Source of the DNA: Myxococcota bacterium
Lineage (GTDB): Bacteria; Myxococcota_A; UBA9160; UBA4427
Reading direction: 5' to 3'
NCBI GenBank assembly: GCA_965250285.1
Contig: OZ252299.1
Location: 2,336,001 to 2,400,000 of the forward strand
Length of the DNA: 64,000 bases
Shown: piece by piece, positions 22,862-32,867 of the stretch
How the letters are laid out: every line of letters begins with the position of its first letter
Numbering within the stretch: position 1 is the stretch's first letter
Translations under genes and position numbers: made by a program
Notes under the pieces: model-generated
Told to the model about the DNA's origin: nothing
What the model saw: the letters and a program-made list of their open reading frames with translations, nothing else
The model's database searches: none

Positions 22862-24367
22862 TCAGGCCGAGCTCCGTGCGCGCCGCAGGCCCGACACCAG
22901 ACCGGCGAGCTCGCCGATGCCGGCGTCGATGGCGTCCGTCGACTCGTTGACGAACGAGAGGATCAGACTGCGGCGCCCGACATCGTCGACCGTGCACATC
23001 TCACCGCGGCCGTACGCGATGCCCGCCGCGGCGGCCTCGCCCGCCAGCGCGTCGGGATCGACGTCGCGCGGCAACGTGAGCCAGACGAGTCGCCCGCCCG
23101 ACGGACGGGTCCACGCGACGTCGTTGGGCATGTGTCGATCGAGGGCCTCGAGCAGCGCAGCCCGCCGCGCGGCATGCAGGCGGCGCACGCGCCGCACGTG
23201 CTTCTCGAGCGCACCCGAGGCCAGCAGGTCGGCGACCACGGCTTGCGAGACGATGTCGCCCCCCATGTCGGCGAAGAAGCGGGTGGCGGTCAGGTGAACC
23301 AGCAGCGCGCGTGCGGCGACGACGTACCCCACCCGCAGCCCCGGAAAGAGGGCCTTCGAGAAGGTGCCGACGTAGATCACGCGCCCGGCCGGGTCGCGCG
23401 TCTTGAGCGCGGGCAACGGCGGTCCGGCGAACCTGAGCTCGCTGTCGTAGTCGTCCTCGACGATCGGCACGTGATGACGATCGGAGAGGTCGAGCAGCGC
23501 TTCGCGCCGCGCCGCATCGAGCGTCACACCGGTCGGCACCTGCGCCGATGGCGTCGTATAGACGAGCTTGGCTCGGGTACCGCGCAGTGCGCGTGCGAGG
23601 GCCTCGGTGACCAGGCCGCGATCGTCGACCGGGATCGGCAGCAGCTCGGCGCCGGCGCGTCGAAACGCGCGCGCCGCGCCGAAGTAGCCGGGCTCCTCCA
23701 TCGCCACGATGTCGCCCGAATCGATGAGCGTGCGCGCCACGAGATCGAGCCCCTGCTGCGCCCCGCTCACGACCAGAACGTCCTCGGGTTCGCAGGCGAT
23801 CCCTCGCGACACCAACGAGAGCGAGATCTCTTCGCGCAGCGGCCCGTAGCCGCGGGGATCGTCGGCGTTGGCCAGCTGCGAGAGGCGATCGCCGACCGCG
23901 CGGCCCCAAGCGCGCTTCAGCTCGGCCGCGGGCAGCGCCTCGGCGTCGACGCGCCCTCCGCGAAAGTCGAAACGGATCGGGACGTCCGGGCGCACCGTCG
24001 CGGGACGAGGCGGCGGCCACGCTCGGCGCTCGGCGCGGCTCAGCAGGGCATCCCATGCAAAGCCCGCCCGTTCGGGCGGCGCCGCATCGGCGGTCGTGCC
24101 ACGGAACGCCCGCAGGTTCGGTCGCGGCGCGACGAAGGTCCCGCGCCCGACGCGCGCGCGGGCGACGCCATCGTCGATCAGCGCCTGGTAGGCCTGGCTG
24201 ACCGAGTTGCGTCCGATGCCGAGCTGGCCCGCGAGCTCGCGCGAGGGCGGGAGCCGCTCGCCCGGCAGGATTCGCCCCGCGGCGATCCACTCGCGCAGGT
24301 GGCGCTCGAGCTGACGCCAGACGGGCTCATCGCGGTCGGGATCGGGCTGAAAGACGAAGTCGAGCAC
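22862..24367 (-). CDS. MocR/GabR-type GntR regulator with PLP aminotransferase domain
   Basis: PGERLPPSRELA..LG..RN.V..AY..L HTH; EEPGY, EDDYD, GTFSKALFPGLRVGY; start approximate. Confidence 0.93.
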   Translation of the reverse strand: MLDFVFQPDPDRDEPVWRQLERHLREWIAAGRILPGERLPPSRELAGQLGIGRNSVSQAYQALIDDGVARARVGRGTFVAPRPNLRAFRGTTADAAPPERAGFAWDALLSRAERRAWPPPRPATVRPDVPIRFDFRGGRVDAEALPAAELKRAWGRAVGDRLSQLANADDPRGYGPLREEISLSLVSRGIACEPEDVLVVSGAQQGLDLVARTLIDSGDIVAMEEPGYFGAARAFRRAGAELLPIPVDDRGLVTEALARALRGTRAKLVYTTPSAQVPTGVTLDAARREALLDLSDRHHVPIVEDDYDSELRFAGPPLPALKTRDPAGRVIYVGTFSKALFPGLRVGYVVAARALLVHLTATRFFADMGGDIVSQAVVADLLASGALEKHVRRVRRLHAARRAALLEALDRHMPNDVAWTRPSGGRLVWLTLPRDVDPDALAGEAAAAGIAYGRGEMCTVDDVGRRSLILSFVNESTDAIDAGIGELAGLVSGLRRARSSA

Positions 24368-24384
24368 ATGCCGAGAGTACGGGA

Positions 24385-24432
24385 CCAATTTGGACCCGAA
24401 AGAGCCAATCTGAACCCCGACTCGCATCCAAT
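24385..24432. promoter_or_regulatory. Direct-repeat candidate MocR operator
   Basis: CCAATTTGGACCC at 24385, CCAATCTGAACCC at 24405, third CCAAT at 24428. Confidence 0.5.
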
Positions 24433-24796
24433 CAAACTGTCGGCGACGTCAAGCGCCCGAGAGCCCGTCGCGCTCGGTGCCGGCGCCCACGCGACGCTCT
24501 GCGCGCTGACCCCCGCCACCGGCCGCTCGCAGCCACGGGACTGCGCCCGCGCCGGACGCCCCCGAGCCGATCCGGTCGGCGAGCGACCCGTCGCTGCCCG
24601 GCACCGCCCGGCACTGCAGCAGCCGGTTGCTCCCGCACTGAAACCGCTTGCTCGACGCCGACGCGTGACCACGCTTCGAACACGAGGGACAGCGTGCGTG
24701 GTTCGGCCCATGCAGGCTCGCGGAGTGTGCCCATCTACACTGGGCCTCGACGAATCATGGGCGTGCGATGCGCCCCCCACCGCCGAAGGAGAATCG

Positions 24797-25069
24797 ATGG
24801 GCATCCGAGACCGAATCGACCAGGAACTCGACCGCATTCAAGCGCTCCGCGAAGAGCTCGACGTGCAGGCGCACCTCGCTCGCATCGAAGCGCAAGACGA
24901 GCTGAACGAGATCTGGAAGAAGGCCGAGCACGCTCGAGCAAAGCTCGAAGCCGAGGTGACCCGCATCAAGGAAGGCGCCGAGGAGCCGCTCGAGAGCGTC
25001 GGCGACGCCGCCGAGATGCTCATCGACGAGATCAAGAGCAGCTACACCAAGCTCAAGGACCTCATCTGA
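24797..25069 (+). CDS. Small acidic coiled-coil hypothetical protein (90 aa)
   Basis: MGIRDRIDQELDRIQALREELDVQAHLARIEAQDE...; ATG after AAGGAG. Confidence 0.85.
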   Translation: MGIRDRIDQELDRIQALREELDVQAHLARIEAQDELNEIWKKAEHARAKLEAEVTRIKEGAEEPLESVGDAAEMLIDEIKSSYTKLKDLI

Positions 25070-25071
25070 CC

Positions 25072-26286
25072 TTGGCCGACTCACGAGCGCGCGGGCACGA
25101 TCGGGTCGAGTGGGTTTCGAAGCGCGCCGCGCTGGCGGCCTGCTTCATCTTCCTCTTCGCATCGTCATCCCCGGTCGCCGCCGGTGACGACGCATCGGGG
25201 GCAGCGCTGAAACCGCGGATGCACGAGGTGTATGCCGCGATCGAGGTGCTGCTCCCGCTGACGCGAGACACCCAGGTGTGGGCCGATCCGGCTCGACGGG
25301 ACGAGATTCAGGCGAATCTCGACCTGCTCGCGCAAGCCGCGACGGGCGTCGAGGCGCACGGCCAGTCGCGCGACCCGAGCTTCATGCTCCTGTCGCGCTC
25401 GCTCGCCGCGGATCTCACCGACGTGCAGCATCGCTTCGAGCTCGGTCGGCTCGAAGAGTCGCGCTTCCTGCTCATGCAGGCGACGTCGAACTGCGTCGCC
25501 TGCCATGAGCGCCTTCCCGCACAGGGCGACTCGCCGCTCGGCAAGTCGCTGCTCGAAGCCATGGACGTGGGTGACCTGCCGGTCTACGACCGCATCCACT
25601 CGCAGCTCATCACGCGCCAGTTCGACACGGCGATGAACGATCTCGAGGCTGCGCTGGTCGACCCGCGCGTGCGACCTCAGGATCTCGACTTCTCGGGCAG
25701 CCTCGTCGACTACCTGACCGTCGGTGTGCGCGTGAAGCGCGATCCCGACCGCGTGATCCGTCACCTGAAGCGCTTCGCGAAGCGGGCCGACCTGCCGAAG
25801 TATCTCTCGGTGCACGTCGACGATTGGATCGAAGACCTCGAGGACACGAAGCAGGCGCTGAAGTCGAAGAAGCCGCTCAAGGATGCGCGCAAGCTCGTGC
25901 GTCACGGCGACGGCGACGAGCCGCGTCCGCTGTCCCGCGACAGCACGGTCACCGACATCGTCGCGTCGAGCCTGCTGCTGCGATTCATCGACTCGCAAGA
26001 GGGCACGCCCGAAGAGCGGGCCGAGGCGTTCTACCTGCTCGGCACGGCGGAGAGCCGCGGGATCGACTCGCCGTGGATCCCGCAGGCGGGCACGCACCTC
26101 GAAATGGCGATTCGACTCGCACCCGGCGCCCCGTTCGCAGAGAACGCCTACCTCGCGCTCGAGGAGAGCTTCTACCTCGACTACGGCGGCGTCTCGGGCG
26201 AGACGCCGCTGCCCCTCGACGTCTCGACGAAGCTCGAAGAGCTGATGGGTCTGATCGCGGCTGCGCAGCGCTCCGACGACGACTGA
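25072..26286 (+). CDS. Secreted protein with single CxxCH heme-binding motif and TPR-like C-terminus
   Basis: Signal-like RAALAACFIFLFASSSPVAA; NCVACH; AEAFYLLG..HLEMAIRLAP; start uncertain. Confidence 0.78.
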   Translation: MADSRARGHDRVEWVSKRAALAACFIFLFASSSPVAAGDDASGAALKPRMHEVYAAIEVLLPLTRDTQVWADPARRDEIQANLDLLAQAATGVEAHGQSRDPSFMLLSRSLAADLTDVQHRFELGRLEESRFLLMQATSNCVACHERLPAQGDSPLGKSLLEAMDVGDLPVYDRIHSQLITRQFDTAMNDLEAALVDPRVRPQDLDFSGSLVDYLTVGVRVKRDPDRVIRHLKRFAKRADLPKYLSVHVDDWIEDLEDTKQALKSKKPLKDARKLVRHGDGDEPRPLSRDSTVTDIVASSLLLRFIDSQEGTPEERAEAFYLLGTAESRGIDSPWIPQAGTHLEMAIRLAPGAPFAENAYLALEESFYLDYGGVSGETPLPLDVSTKLEELMGLIAAAQRSDDD

Positions 26287-26309
26287 CCGCGGGAGATGCG
26301 CGCGCTCAC

Positions 26310-27260
26310 TCAGGCGTCGTAGTCGATCAACACCGCGAGCCAGTCGTCGGGCTCGCGCAGCAGCCCTTCGTATGCGCGCTGTGCGTCGAGGCCGAACGGG
26401 ATGCGCTCGCTCACGAGGGGGTCGACGAGGACGCGCTCGCTCGTGAGCAGCGCTTCGAGGAACGCGTCGTAGCGCTGTCGCTCTGCGCGGCTCTTGCGCC
26501 ACTCGTGTGCGCCCACCAGCTGAACGCCGCGATGATGAATGTCGAAGTAGGGATCGATCTCGACGCGCTCGCGCGGACTCGACAGCACGATGACCCGGCC
26601 GTCCGGCTCGACCGCATCGAGGGCCGCACGCACCGAGGCCGCACTGCCCGCAGCCTCGACGACGTATGCAGCGCGGGCGTCCGGGGCCCCGGGATCGAGC
26701 CCGCATCGCCGGGCGGTCTGCATGCGCTCCTCGCTCCGCTCCCACACCTGAACGGGGTGGGCACCCGCCACGCGGCAGAGCTGCGCCGCCAGATTGCCGA
26801 CGAGACCGCACCCGATCACGAGCACCGACTCACCGAAGCGAACCGGTGAGAGCAGCTGGGGCGTCGAGGCGATCTGTAGCAGCTTGTGGAACACCGCCCG
26901 CTCGTCGTCGAGGTCGTCGCCCAGCGCGATGAGCGAATCGACCGGCTGCACGGACACGGTCGCGTGGGGTGCCGTACCGAGGACGCGGTCGCCCGGCGCG
27001 AACCCGTCCACGCCCTCGCCGACCGACTCGACGACGGCGACCGTCGCGTAGCCCGGGTGAAACGGATAGCCGGCCCAGTGGTCGGGGACGTCGAAGCCGC
27101 GGTGGGTCTTCGCGAAGATCGCAAGCTCGGTGCCCGGCGAAATCAGCCCCAGCCGACTGCGCAGGCGGACCTCACCGAGGCCCGGCTCGCCCACCACGGC
27201 GCGCTCGACTTCACAGGTCAACGGTGCGGTGAATACCAGGCGCTCGGACTCGACCGGCAC
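26310..27260 (-). CDS. MDR-superfamily (zinc-binding alcohol dehydrogenase-like) oxidoreductase
   Basis: ISPGTE, PGY..V..V..VG.GV..F.PGDRV, GCGLVG Rossmann; GTG after GAGGAG. Confidence 0.88.
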   Translation of the reverse strand: MPVESERLVFTAPLTCEVERAVVGEPGLGEVRLRSRLGLISPGTELAIFAKTHRGFDVPDHWAGYPFHPGYATVAVVESVGEGVDGFAPGDRVLGTAPHATVSVQPVDSLIALGDDLDDERAVFHKLLQIASTPQLLSPVRFGESVLVIGCGLVGNLAAQLCRVAGAHPVQVWERSEERMQTARRCGLDPGAPDARAAYVVEAAGSAASVRAALDAVEPDGRVIVLSSPRERVEIDPYFDIHHRGVQLVGAHEWRKSRAERQRYDAFLEALLTSERVLVDPLVSERIPFGLDAQRAYEGLLREPDDWLAVLIDYDA

Positions 27261-27415
27261 GGCCCCCTCCTCGCCCGAGGATCGGTCCTCGTCGCGCCCT
27301 GCGCGAGGCCGCTCGATCATCGTCACCGATTCGTCGTCGTGTGCTTCCGATCCCCGGCAGGCCGCGCGCGGGCGCGCGCTGATCCCCGCGCGTCCCTGCG
27401 TGATAGGGTGACCGC

Positions 27416-27874
27416 ATGCTCGCCCTGCCCCAGCCCGGTGGTTGCCTCTGCGGCGACGTGCGCTTCTCGCTGCGTGAATCGCCGCTGACCGTCTACGCCT
27501 GCCACTGCACCGATTGCCAGACCGAAACGGGCTCGAGCTGCGTGGTCTCGGTGGTCGCGAAGCAGAGCGCGATCGACTGGTCCGGGGCGCGGCCCGAGCC
27601 CTTCGGTGTCGAACTGCCCGATGGCCGCAGCAAGATCCTGCGACGCTGCCCGCGGTGCATGGGACCGATCGGCAGCGTCGAGCGGCCCGACGGGCTCGTC
27701 TCGATCGATGCAGGCGTCTTCGACGACACATCGTGGATCCAGCCCGCCGGCCATATCTTCACGCGCAGCGCGCAGCCCTGGGTGCGCTTCGCCGACGACG
27801 TCCTCCAGCACGCCGGGCCACCGAGCCAGGCCGACTTCGTCGAGCTCGTCCGAATCTGGCGAAATCGCGAGTGA
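27416..27874 (+). CDS. GFA (glutathione-dependent formaldehyde-activating) family Zn protein
   Basis: GGCLCG, CHCTDCQ, CPRC, HIFTRSAQPW. Confidence 0.92.
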   Translation: MLALPQPGGCLCGDVRFSLRESPLTVYACHCTDCQTETGSSCVVSVVAKQSAIDWSGARPEPFGVELPDGRSKILRRCPRCMGPIGSVERPDGLVSIDAGVFDDTSWIQPAGHIFTRSAQPWVRFADDVLQHAGPPSQADFVELVRIWRNRE

Positions 27875-28015
27875 GTCGGGTGATGTCGAGCCGAGCGCTG
27901 CGCATCGGCGTCGCCTCCTCCCGCCCCGATCGACCTCGATTCAGCCCGAATGCGGCCCGCTCGGCGGGTGGCTCGCGTAGAATGGTCACGCCCTAATGGC
28001 ATTAGGAGATCGGCC

Positions 28016-30301
28016 ATGTTCCCTCGCTCTGCGCTTCAGCGCCGCGCCACTGCGCGTGCGGCGACCCTGCTGGCCCTGGTCGCGCCGCTGATGGCCTGTG
28101 ACGACGGCTTCGTCGATCGCGTCGAGTTCGCCGAGCGGCAGGGCGACTACCTGGCCTTCGCGACGTCGACCCCGCTCAACCCGGGCAGCACGCTCAACGT
28201 GCTCAACCACCTCGAGCGCGCTGATCGCGACGCGGGCTACGACGTGCCAGACGGTGCCGTACCGGCCGGTGCCTGGCAGCCCATCTTCGACAAGCTCTTT
28301 CAGCTGAGGGACACGAGCGACTTCGACCTGCTCTACCTGAACAACCTGATCGAGGCGCACGGCGGTCATCCCGCCGTCGACGCGCAGAACTGGGCCGATG
28401 CGAAGACGGCGATCCTCGACTTCAAGTACTGGTACAGCGATCCCACGCCCGAACGCACCTTCGACGGCGCCCCCGTGGTCGATCAGATGTGGTACTGGAC
28501 CGAGAATCACGTCCTCCTCTTCAGGGTGAACGAGTACCTCGCCGGGCAGCGCTGGCCGGCCGAGACCTTCAGCGTCACAGGACAAACCGGCGCCTGGCAT
28601 CGCGCACGCGCCGCCGCCGAGATCCGCCGCTGGCTCGACGAACGCGCGCGCTTCGGCTTCGCCGAGTGGCACTCGGACGTGTACTACCAGAAGGATCTCA
28701 CGCCCCTGCTCTCGCTGGTCGAGTGGGCCGAAGACCGCGACATCGCCGAGCGCGCCGAGATGGTGCTCGACGTGCTGCTGCTCGACATGGCGCACCAGAC
28801 GCATCGCGGCAACTTCGGCGCCACCCACGGTCGTTCGTACGTCAAAGACAAGGCGACAGCCGCGACCCAGGATGTCTTCCACGGCCTCAAGCTGCTCTTC
28901 GACGACACCGAGCTCCCGTACCGCAGCGCGGGCGCCGCCGATGCGTCGCTGCTCTCAGCCGCCTCCGACTACCGCATGCCCCGCGTGATCCTCGACATCG
29001 CGCGCTACGACGAACCCATGACGACGCGGCAGCGCATGAATCTGCCGATCGTCGAAGAGCCCGACCCCGATCCGAACGTCGGGCCGCCGCCGGCTCCGTA
29101 CGGCTTCGACTTCGACGACGAGGACAACCTGCCCCTCTGGTGGTCGTACAATGCGATGACGACGTGGAACCTCGTTCGCCTGACCCTCGAGGTCGGCGAG
29201 CGCGAGAACCTCTGGGCCGCGCAGTTCGCCGAGTTTCAGCTGCTGCGCGACATCGTCTGGGTCGACGGCGACCTCGACGCCAGCGTCGCCAACGCACGCC
29301 CCTGGCTCGTCGCGCTGTGGCGCGCGATCAACTTCGCGCTGCTCAGCGAGGTCAACACGAAGACGTATCGCACCGCCGACTACATGCTCTCGACGGCACT
29401 CGACTACCGCAAGGGCGCGCGCGGCTCGCAGACCCACATCTCTCAGGCCACCCTCGACGAGAACGCGGTCGTCTTCGTACAGCACCCGACGTACGTGCCC
29501 GTCGCACCCGGTGAACCGGTGCCCACCGACTGGAACTGGCAGCGCGAGGATGAGCCCGGGCCTGGCTACTGGACCGGCAGCGCCGCCGAACCGAGGGCCG
29601 CGCAGGTCGGCAACGTATCGATCCAGATCTTTGCGCCGCAGTACGCTCCGAACCCGGCGCTCGGCTTCGACTACATCGAGGAAACCCACGCGTACTTTCC
29701 GCACGCGCACTTCGACGAGGTCGTGCAGGAGGGCCCGTGGACGTTCGGGCGCAAAGGCGACGCCTACATCGGGCTCTGGTCGCACCGGCCAACCCAGTGG
29801 CGAGACGGCCAGCCCGAGGTCTGGGACAATCGGGACCTGCCCTTCGACCTCGTCGCACCGGGCAGCGCGTCCAACGTGTGGATCATGGAGCTCGGCAGCG
29901 CCCGCGAGCACGGCGACTTCGCATCCTTCCGCGGCGCCCTCGGTTCAGCGGCGATCTCCGCCAGCGAAGTGGCCGACCAGGGCGGCGACGGCTTCGCCGA
30001 CGGCTACGCGGTGGTCTACGCGTCGCCCAGCCAGGGCGAGATCCGCTTCGACTGGCACGGCCCCCTGCTCGTGAACGGGGCCGAGGTACCGCTCGCCGAT
30101 TCGCCTCGCTTCTCGTCGCCCTTCCTCCACGTCGAGTTCGATACGCCCCGCTACGTGGTGACGACCGAAGACCACGAGCTGGTGATCGACTTCGAGACGG
30201 GCGAGCGCAGCGCATCGGCGCTGCGGGACGAAGGCGTGGGGGGCTTCTTCGAGCGGCTCTTCGACAAGCTGAAGCGCCGCGGCTTCGGCGCCTCGACCTG
30301 A
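28016..30301 (+). CDS. Large lipoprotein, probable heparinase II/III-like or alginate-lyase-like fold
   Basis: Lipobox LMAC; YWTENH, GFAEWHSDVYY, HGRSY; helical N-half and beta-rich C-half; ATG after AGGAG. Confidence 0.65.
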   Translation: MFPRSALQRRATARAATLLALVAPLMACDDGFVDRVEFAERQGDYLAFATSTPLNPGSTLNVLNHLERADRDAGYDVPDGAVPAGAWQPIFDKLFQLRDTSDFDLLYLNNLIEAHGGHPAVDAQNWADAKTAILDFKYWYSDPTPERTFDGAPVVDQMWYWTENHVLLFRVNEYLAGQRWPAETFSVTGQTGAWHRARAAAEIRRWLDERARFGFAEWHSDVYYQKDLTPLLSLVEWAEDRDIAERAEMVLDVLLLDMAHQTHRGNFGATHGRSYVKDKATAATQDVFHGLKLLFDDTELPYRSAGAADASLLSAASDYRMPRVILDIARYDEPMTTRQRMNLPIVEEPDPDPNVGPPPAPYGFDFDDEDNLPLWWSYNAMTTWNLVRLTLEVGERENLWAAQFAEFQLLRDIVWVDGDLDASVANARPWLVALWRAINFALLSEVNTKTYRTADYMLSTALDYRKGARGSQTHISQATLDENAVVFVQHPTYVPVAPGEPVPTDWNWQREDEPGPGYWTGSAAEPRAAQVGNVSIQIFAPQYAPNPALGFDYIEETHAYFPHAHFDEVVQEGPWTFGRKGDAYIGLWSHRPTQWRDGQPEVWDNRDLPFDLVAPGSASNVWIMELGSAREHGDFASFRGALGSAAISASEVADQGGDGFADGYAVVYASPSQGEIRFDWHGPLLVNGAEVPLADSPRFSSPFLHVEFDTPRYVVTTEDHELVIDFETGERSASALRDEGVGGFFERLFDKLKRRGFGAST

Positions 30302-30450
30302 AGCGGGGGCGCCGTCTTCGCTTCGAGCGTTCGTCCCCGAATCGTCACAACGATCTCCACACGGGCCCCTCCGTGTGATTCGCGCGGCGGCCGTCTTTGG
30401 CATGATCCCGGCGACGCGGCCGAACCGGCTGCGATGGGAGCGCCCTCTGC

Positions 30451-31389
30451 ATGACCGCCCCGCACGAGCGCATTCGGCCGAAGCGCGCGATCACCGGCAT
30501 GTCCGCGATCCTGCTGCCGTTCACAAACGATGGCGAGCCCGACCTCGCGGGCCTCGAAGCGCACATCGCGCGGACGCTCGATGAGGGCCTCGTGCCCGCC
30601 GTCAACATGGATACGGGCTACGTCCAGGCCATCGACACGAAGACCCGAACCCAGGTGCTCGACCTCTGCGCGGCGCAGACCAGCGACTTCGTGGCCGGCG
30701 CGTTCGTGAAGGACGCGCCCGGCGACCAGCTGAACGAGGCGGCCTATCAGCAGGCCGCCCAAGAGATCACCCAGCGCGGCGGCACGCCCGTCGTCTTCCC
30801 GTCGCACGGGCTGAACGCCCTCGACGGCCCCGACTGGGTCGCGGCCCAGGCGAGGATGGCGACGTCGTGGGATCACTACATCGGCTTCGAGCTCGGGCCG
30901 ATGTTCGTGCCCTACGGCCGCATCTACGACCTCGACGCCTATCGAATGTTGCTCGACGTGCCCCAGTGCCTGGGCGCAAAGCACTCGAGCCTCGACCGTG
31001 GCCTCGAGTGGCAGCGGCTCGAGCTGCGCGACGCGGTGCGCCCCGATTTCAAAGTCCTCACCGGCAACGACCTCGCCATCGACATGGTGATCTACGGCAG
31101 CGACTACCTGCTCGGCCTTTCGACCTGCGCCCCCGACGCCTTCGCCCTACGTGATCGGCTCTGGGCAGAAGGCGACGACCGCTTCTATGCGCTCAACGAC
31201 CTCTTGCAGTACCTCGGCGAGCTGATCTTCCGGCCGCCGGTGCCCTCGTACCGGCACAGCGCGGCCCAGCTGCTGAAGCTGCGCGGCTTCATCGAGAGCG
31301 ACGCCGCCCCCCCGGTCGTCGAGCCGCGACCGACCGGCGACATCGAGCTCTTGCGCGACATCGTCGAACGATTGGCGGACTGGCTCTGA
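30451..31389 (+). CDS. Dihydrodipicolinate synthase (DapA/NAL) family aldolase-like protein
   Basis: SAILLPF..DG..D, GAKHSS (Schiff-base Lys position), VLTGND. Confidence 0.8.
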   Translation: MTAPHERIRPKRAITGMSAILLPFTNDGEPDLAGLEAHIARTLDEGLVPAVNMDTGYVQAIDTKTRTQVLDLCAAQTSDFVAGAFVKDAPGDQLNEAAYQQAAQEITQRGGTPVVFPSHGLNALDGPDWVAAQARMATSWDHYIGFELGPMFVPYGRIYDLDAYRMLLDVPQCLGAKHSSLDRGLEWQRLELRDAVRPDFKVLTGNDLAIDMVIYGSDYLLGLSTCAPDAFALRDRLWAEGDDRFYALNDLLQYLGELIFRPPVPSYRHSAAQLLKLRGFIESDAAPPVVEPRPTGDIELLRDIVERLADWL

Positions 31390-32837
31390 TGGCGCCGCGG
31401 TTCGCCAAGATGTCCTCGTTCAAGGACGAGGCCGGCCTGCGCGCGACCCTCGACGCCCTCGACATCGATCTGCCCTTCCCGACCCGAGCGATCGACGAGA
31501 CGTTCGGCGGGTCGATCGAGCTGCGCGACGGCACCGCGGGCACCCGGCGTGTCGGCAACCGCTTCGCGATCCTCCCGATGGAGGGCTGGGACGGCACCCG
31601 CGCCGGCCGACCCACCGACCTCGTGCGCAGACGCTGGCGCCGCTTCGGCGCGGGCGGCGCCAAGATCGTGTGGTGCGAAGCCACGGCGGTGCGTCCGGAT
31701 GGTCGCGCGAACCCCAACCAGCTCGTGCTCGGCCCCGATGCAGTCGATGACTTTCGCGCCCTTCGCGAAGAGCTCGTCTCGGCGCACGCGGCGCGCTTCG
31801 AGACCACCGAGGATCTCGTGGTCGGTTTGCAACTCACGCACTCGGGGCGCTGGGCGCGGCCCGACGGTACGCCCCGCCCACGCACGGCGTTCGCGCACCC
31901 GCTCCTCGACGCGCGTGTGGACGCGGGCGCAGACGCGATTCTCTCCGACGAAGAGCTGGCCGGGCTCGTCGACGACTTCGTGGCCGCCGCCGAGCGCGCC
32001 GCTCAAGCGGGCTTCGACTTCGTCGACGTGAAGCACTGCCACGGCTACCTGCTCCACGAGCTGCTGGCACCGAGCGAACGATCGGGGCGCTACGGCGGCC
32101 CCCTCGAGCACCGAACCCGGGTGCTGCGCGACGTCGTCGAAGGCATTCGGCGCCGGGTGCCGGAGCTCGCGATCGCGGTGCGGCTGTCGGCCTTCGACTT
32201 CGTCCCCTACCACCCGGGCGACGACGGCGTCGGCGTGCCAGATGCCGACGCGCCCTACTCGCTCGCGTTCGGTGGCGATGGCACCGGCCGAGGCATCGAC
32301 CTCACCGAGCCCCATGCTTTTCTCGACCTGCTGCACGCACTCGGGATCGGCCTCGTGTGCGTCACCGCGGGGAGCCCGTACTACAACCCCCACGTGCAGC
32401 GCCCCGCCGCGCATCCTCCTTCCGACGGCTACCGCCCACCCGAGGATCCGCTCGTAGGCGTTGCGCGCCAGCTCGCGGTCACGGCCGAGCTCGCGCGACG
32501 ACACCCCGATCTGGTGACGATCGGATCGGGCTACAGCTATCTGCAGGAGTGGCTGCCGCCCATCGGTGCCGGCGCCATCGAGGGCGGCCGCGTCGACGTC
32601 GTCGGGCTCGGACGCATGGCGCTCTCGTATCCCGACCTGCCCGCGACGGTCCTGGCTCGACGCGCCCTCGAGCCCGGGCACATCTGCCGCACGTTCAGCG
32701 ACTGCACGACGGCGCCGCGCAACGGCATGGTCTCGGGCTGCTTTCCGCTCGACGACTTCTACAAGCAGATGGACGACGCAGGCCGGGTCGCGGCGCTGCG
32801 CAGGGCCGCGGCAGCGGGCAACCGAAGCGCACGCTGA
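31389..32837 (+). CDS. NADH:flavin oxidoreductase (old yellow enzyme family)
   Basis: NRFAILPMEG, LQLTHSGR, AGFDFVDVKHCHGYLL, GRYGG.LE.R, LGRMAL.YPDL; TGATG coupling to upstream gene. Confidence 0.9.
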   Translation: MAPRFAKMSSFKDEAGLRATLDALDIDLPFPTRAIDETFGGSIELRDGTAGTRRVGNRFAILPMEGWDGTRAGRPTDLVRRRWRRFGAGGAKIVWCEATAVRPDGRANPNQLVLGPDAVDDFRALREELVSAHAARFETTEDLVVGLQLTHSGRWARPDGTPRPRTAFAHPLLDARVDAGADAILSDEELAGLVDDFVAAAERAAQAGFDFVDVKHCHGYLLHELLAPSERSGRYGGPLEHRTRVLRDVVEGIRRRVPELAIAVRLSAFDFVPYHPGDDGVGVPDADAPYSLAFGGDGTGRGIDLTEPHAFLDLLHALGIGLVCVTAGSPYYNPHVQRPAAHPPSDGYRPPEDPLVGVARQLAVTAELARRHPDLVTIGSGYSYLQEWLPPIGAGAIEGGRVDVVGLGRMALSYPDLPATVLARRALEPGHICRTFSDCTTAPRNGMVSGCFPLDDFYKQMDDAGRVAALRRAAAAGNRSAR

Positions 32838-32867
32838 TCGGTCGGGGGCGTCGTCGAAGACGCGGAG

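Noticed and set aside
24699..24714. Sigma54 promoter TGGTTCGGCCCATGCA
   Set aside because: GG-N10-GC spacing fits but the remaining consensus is poor; likely chance
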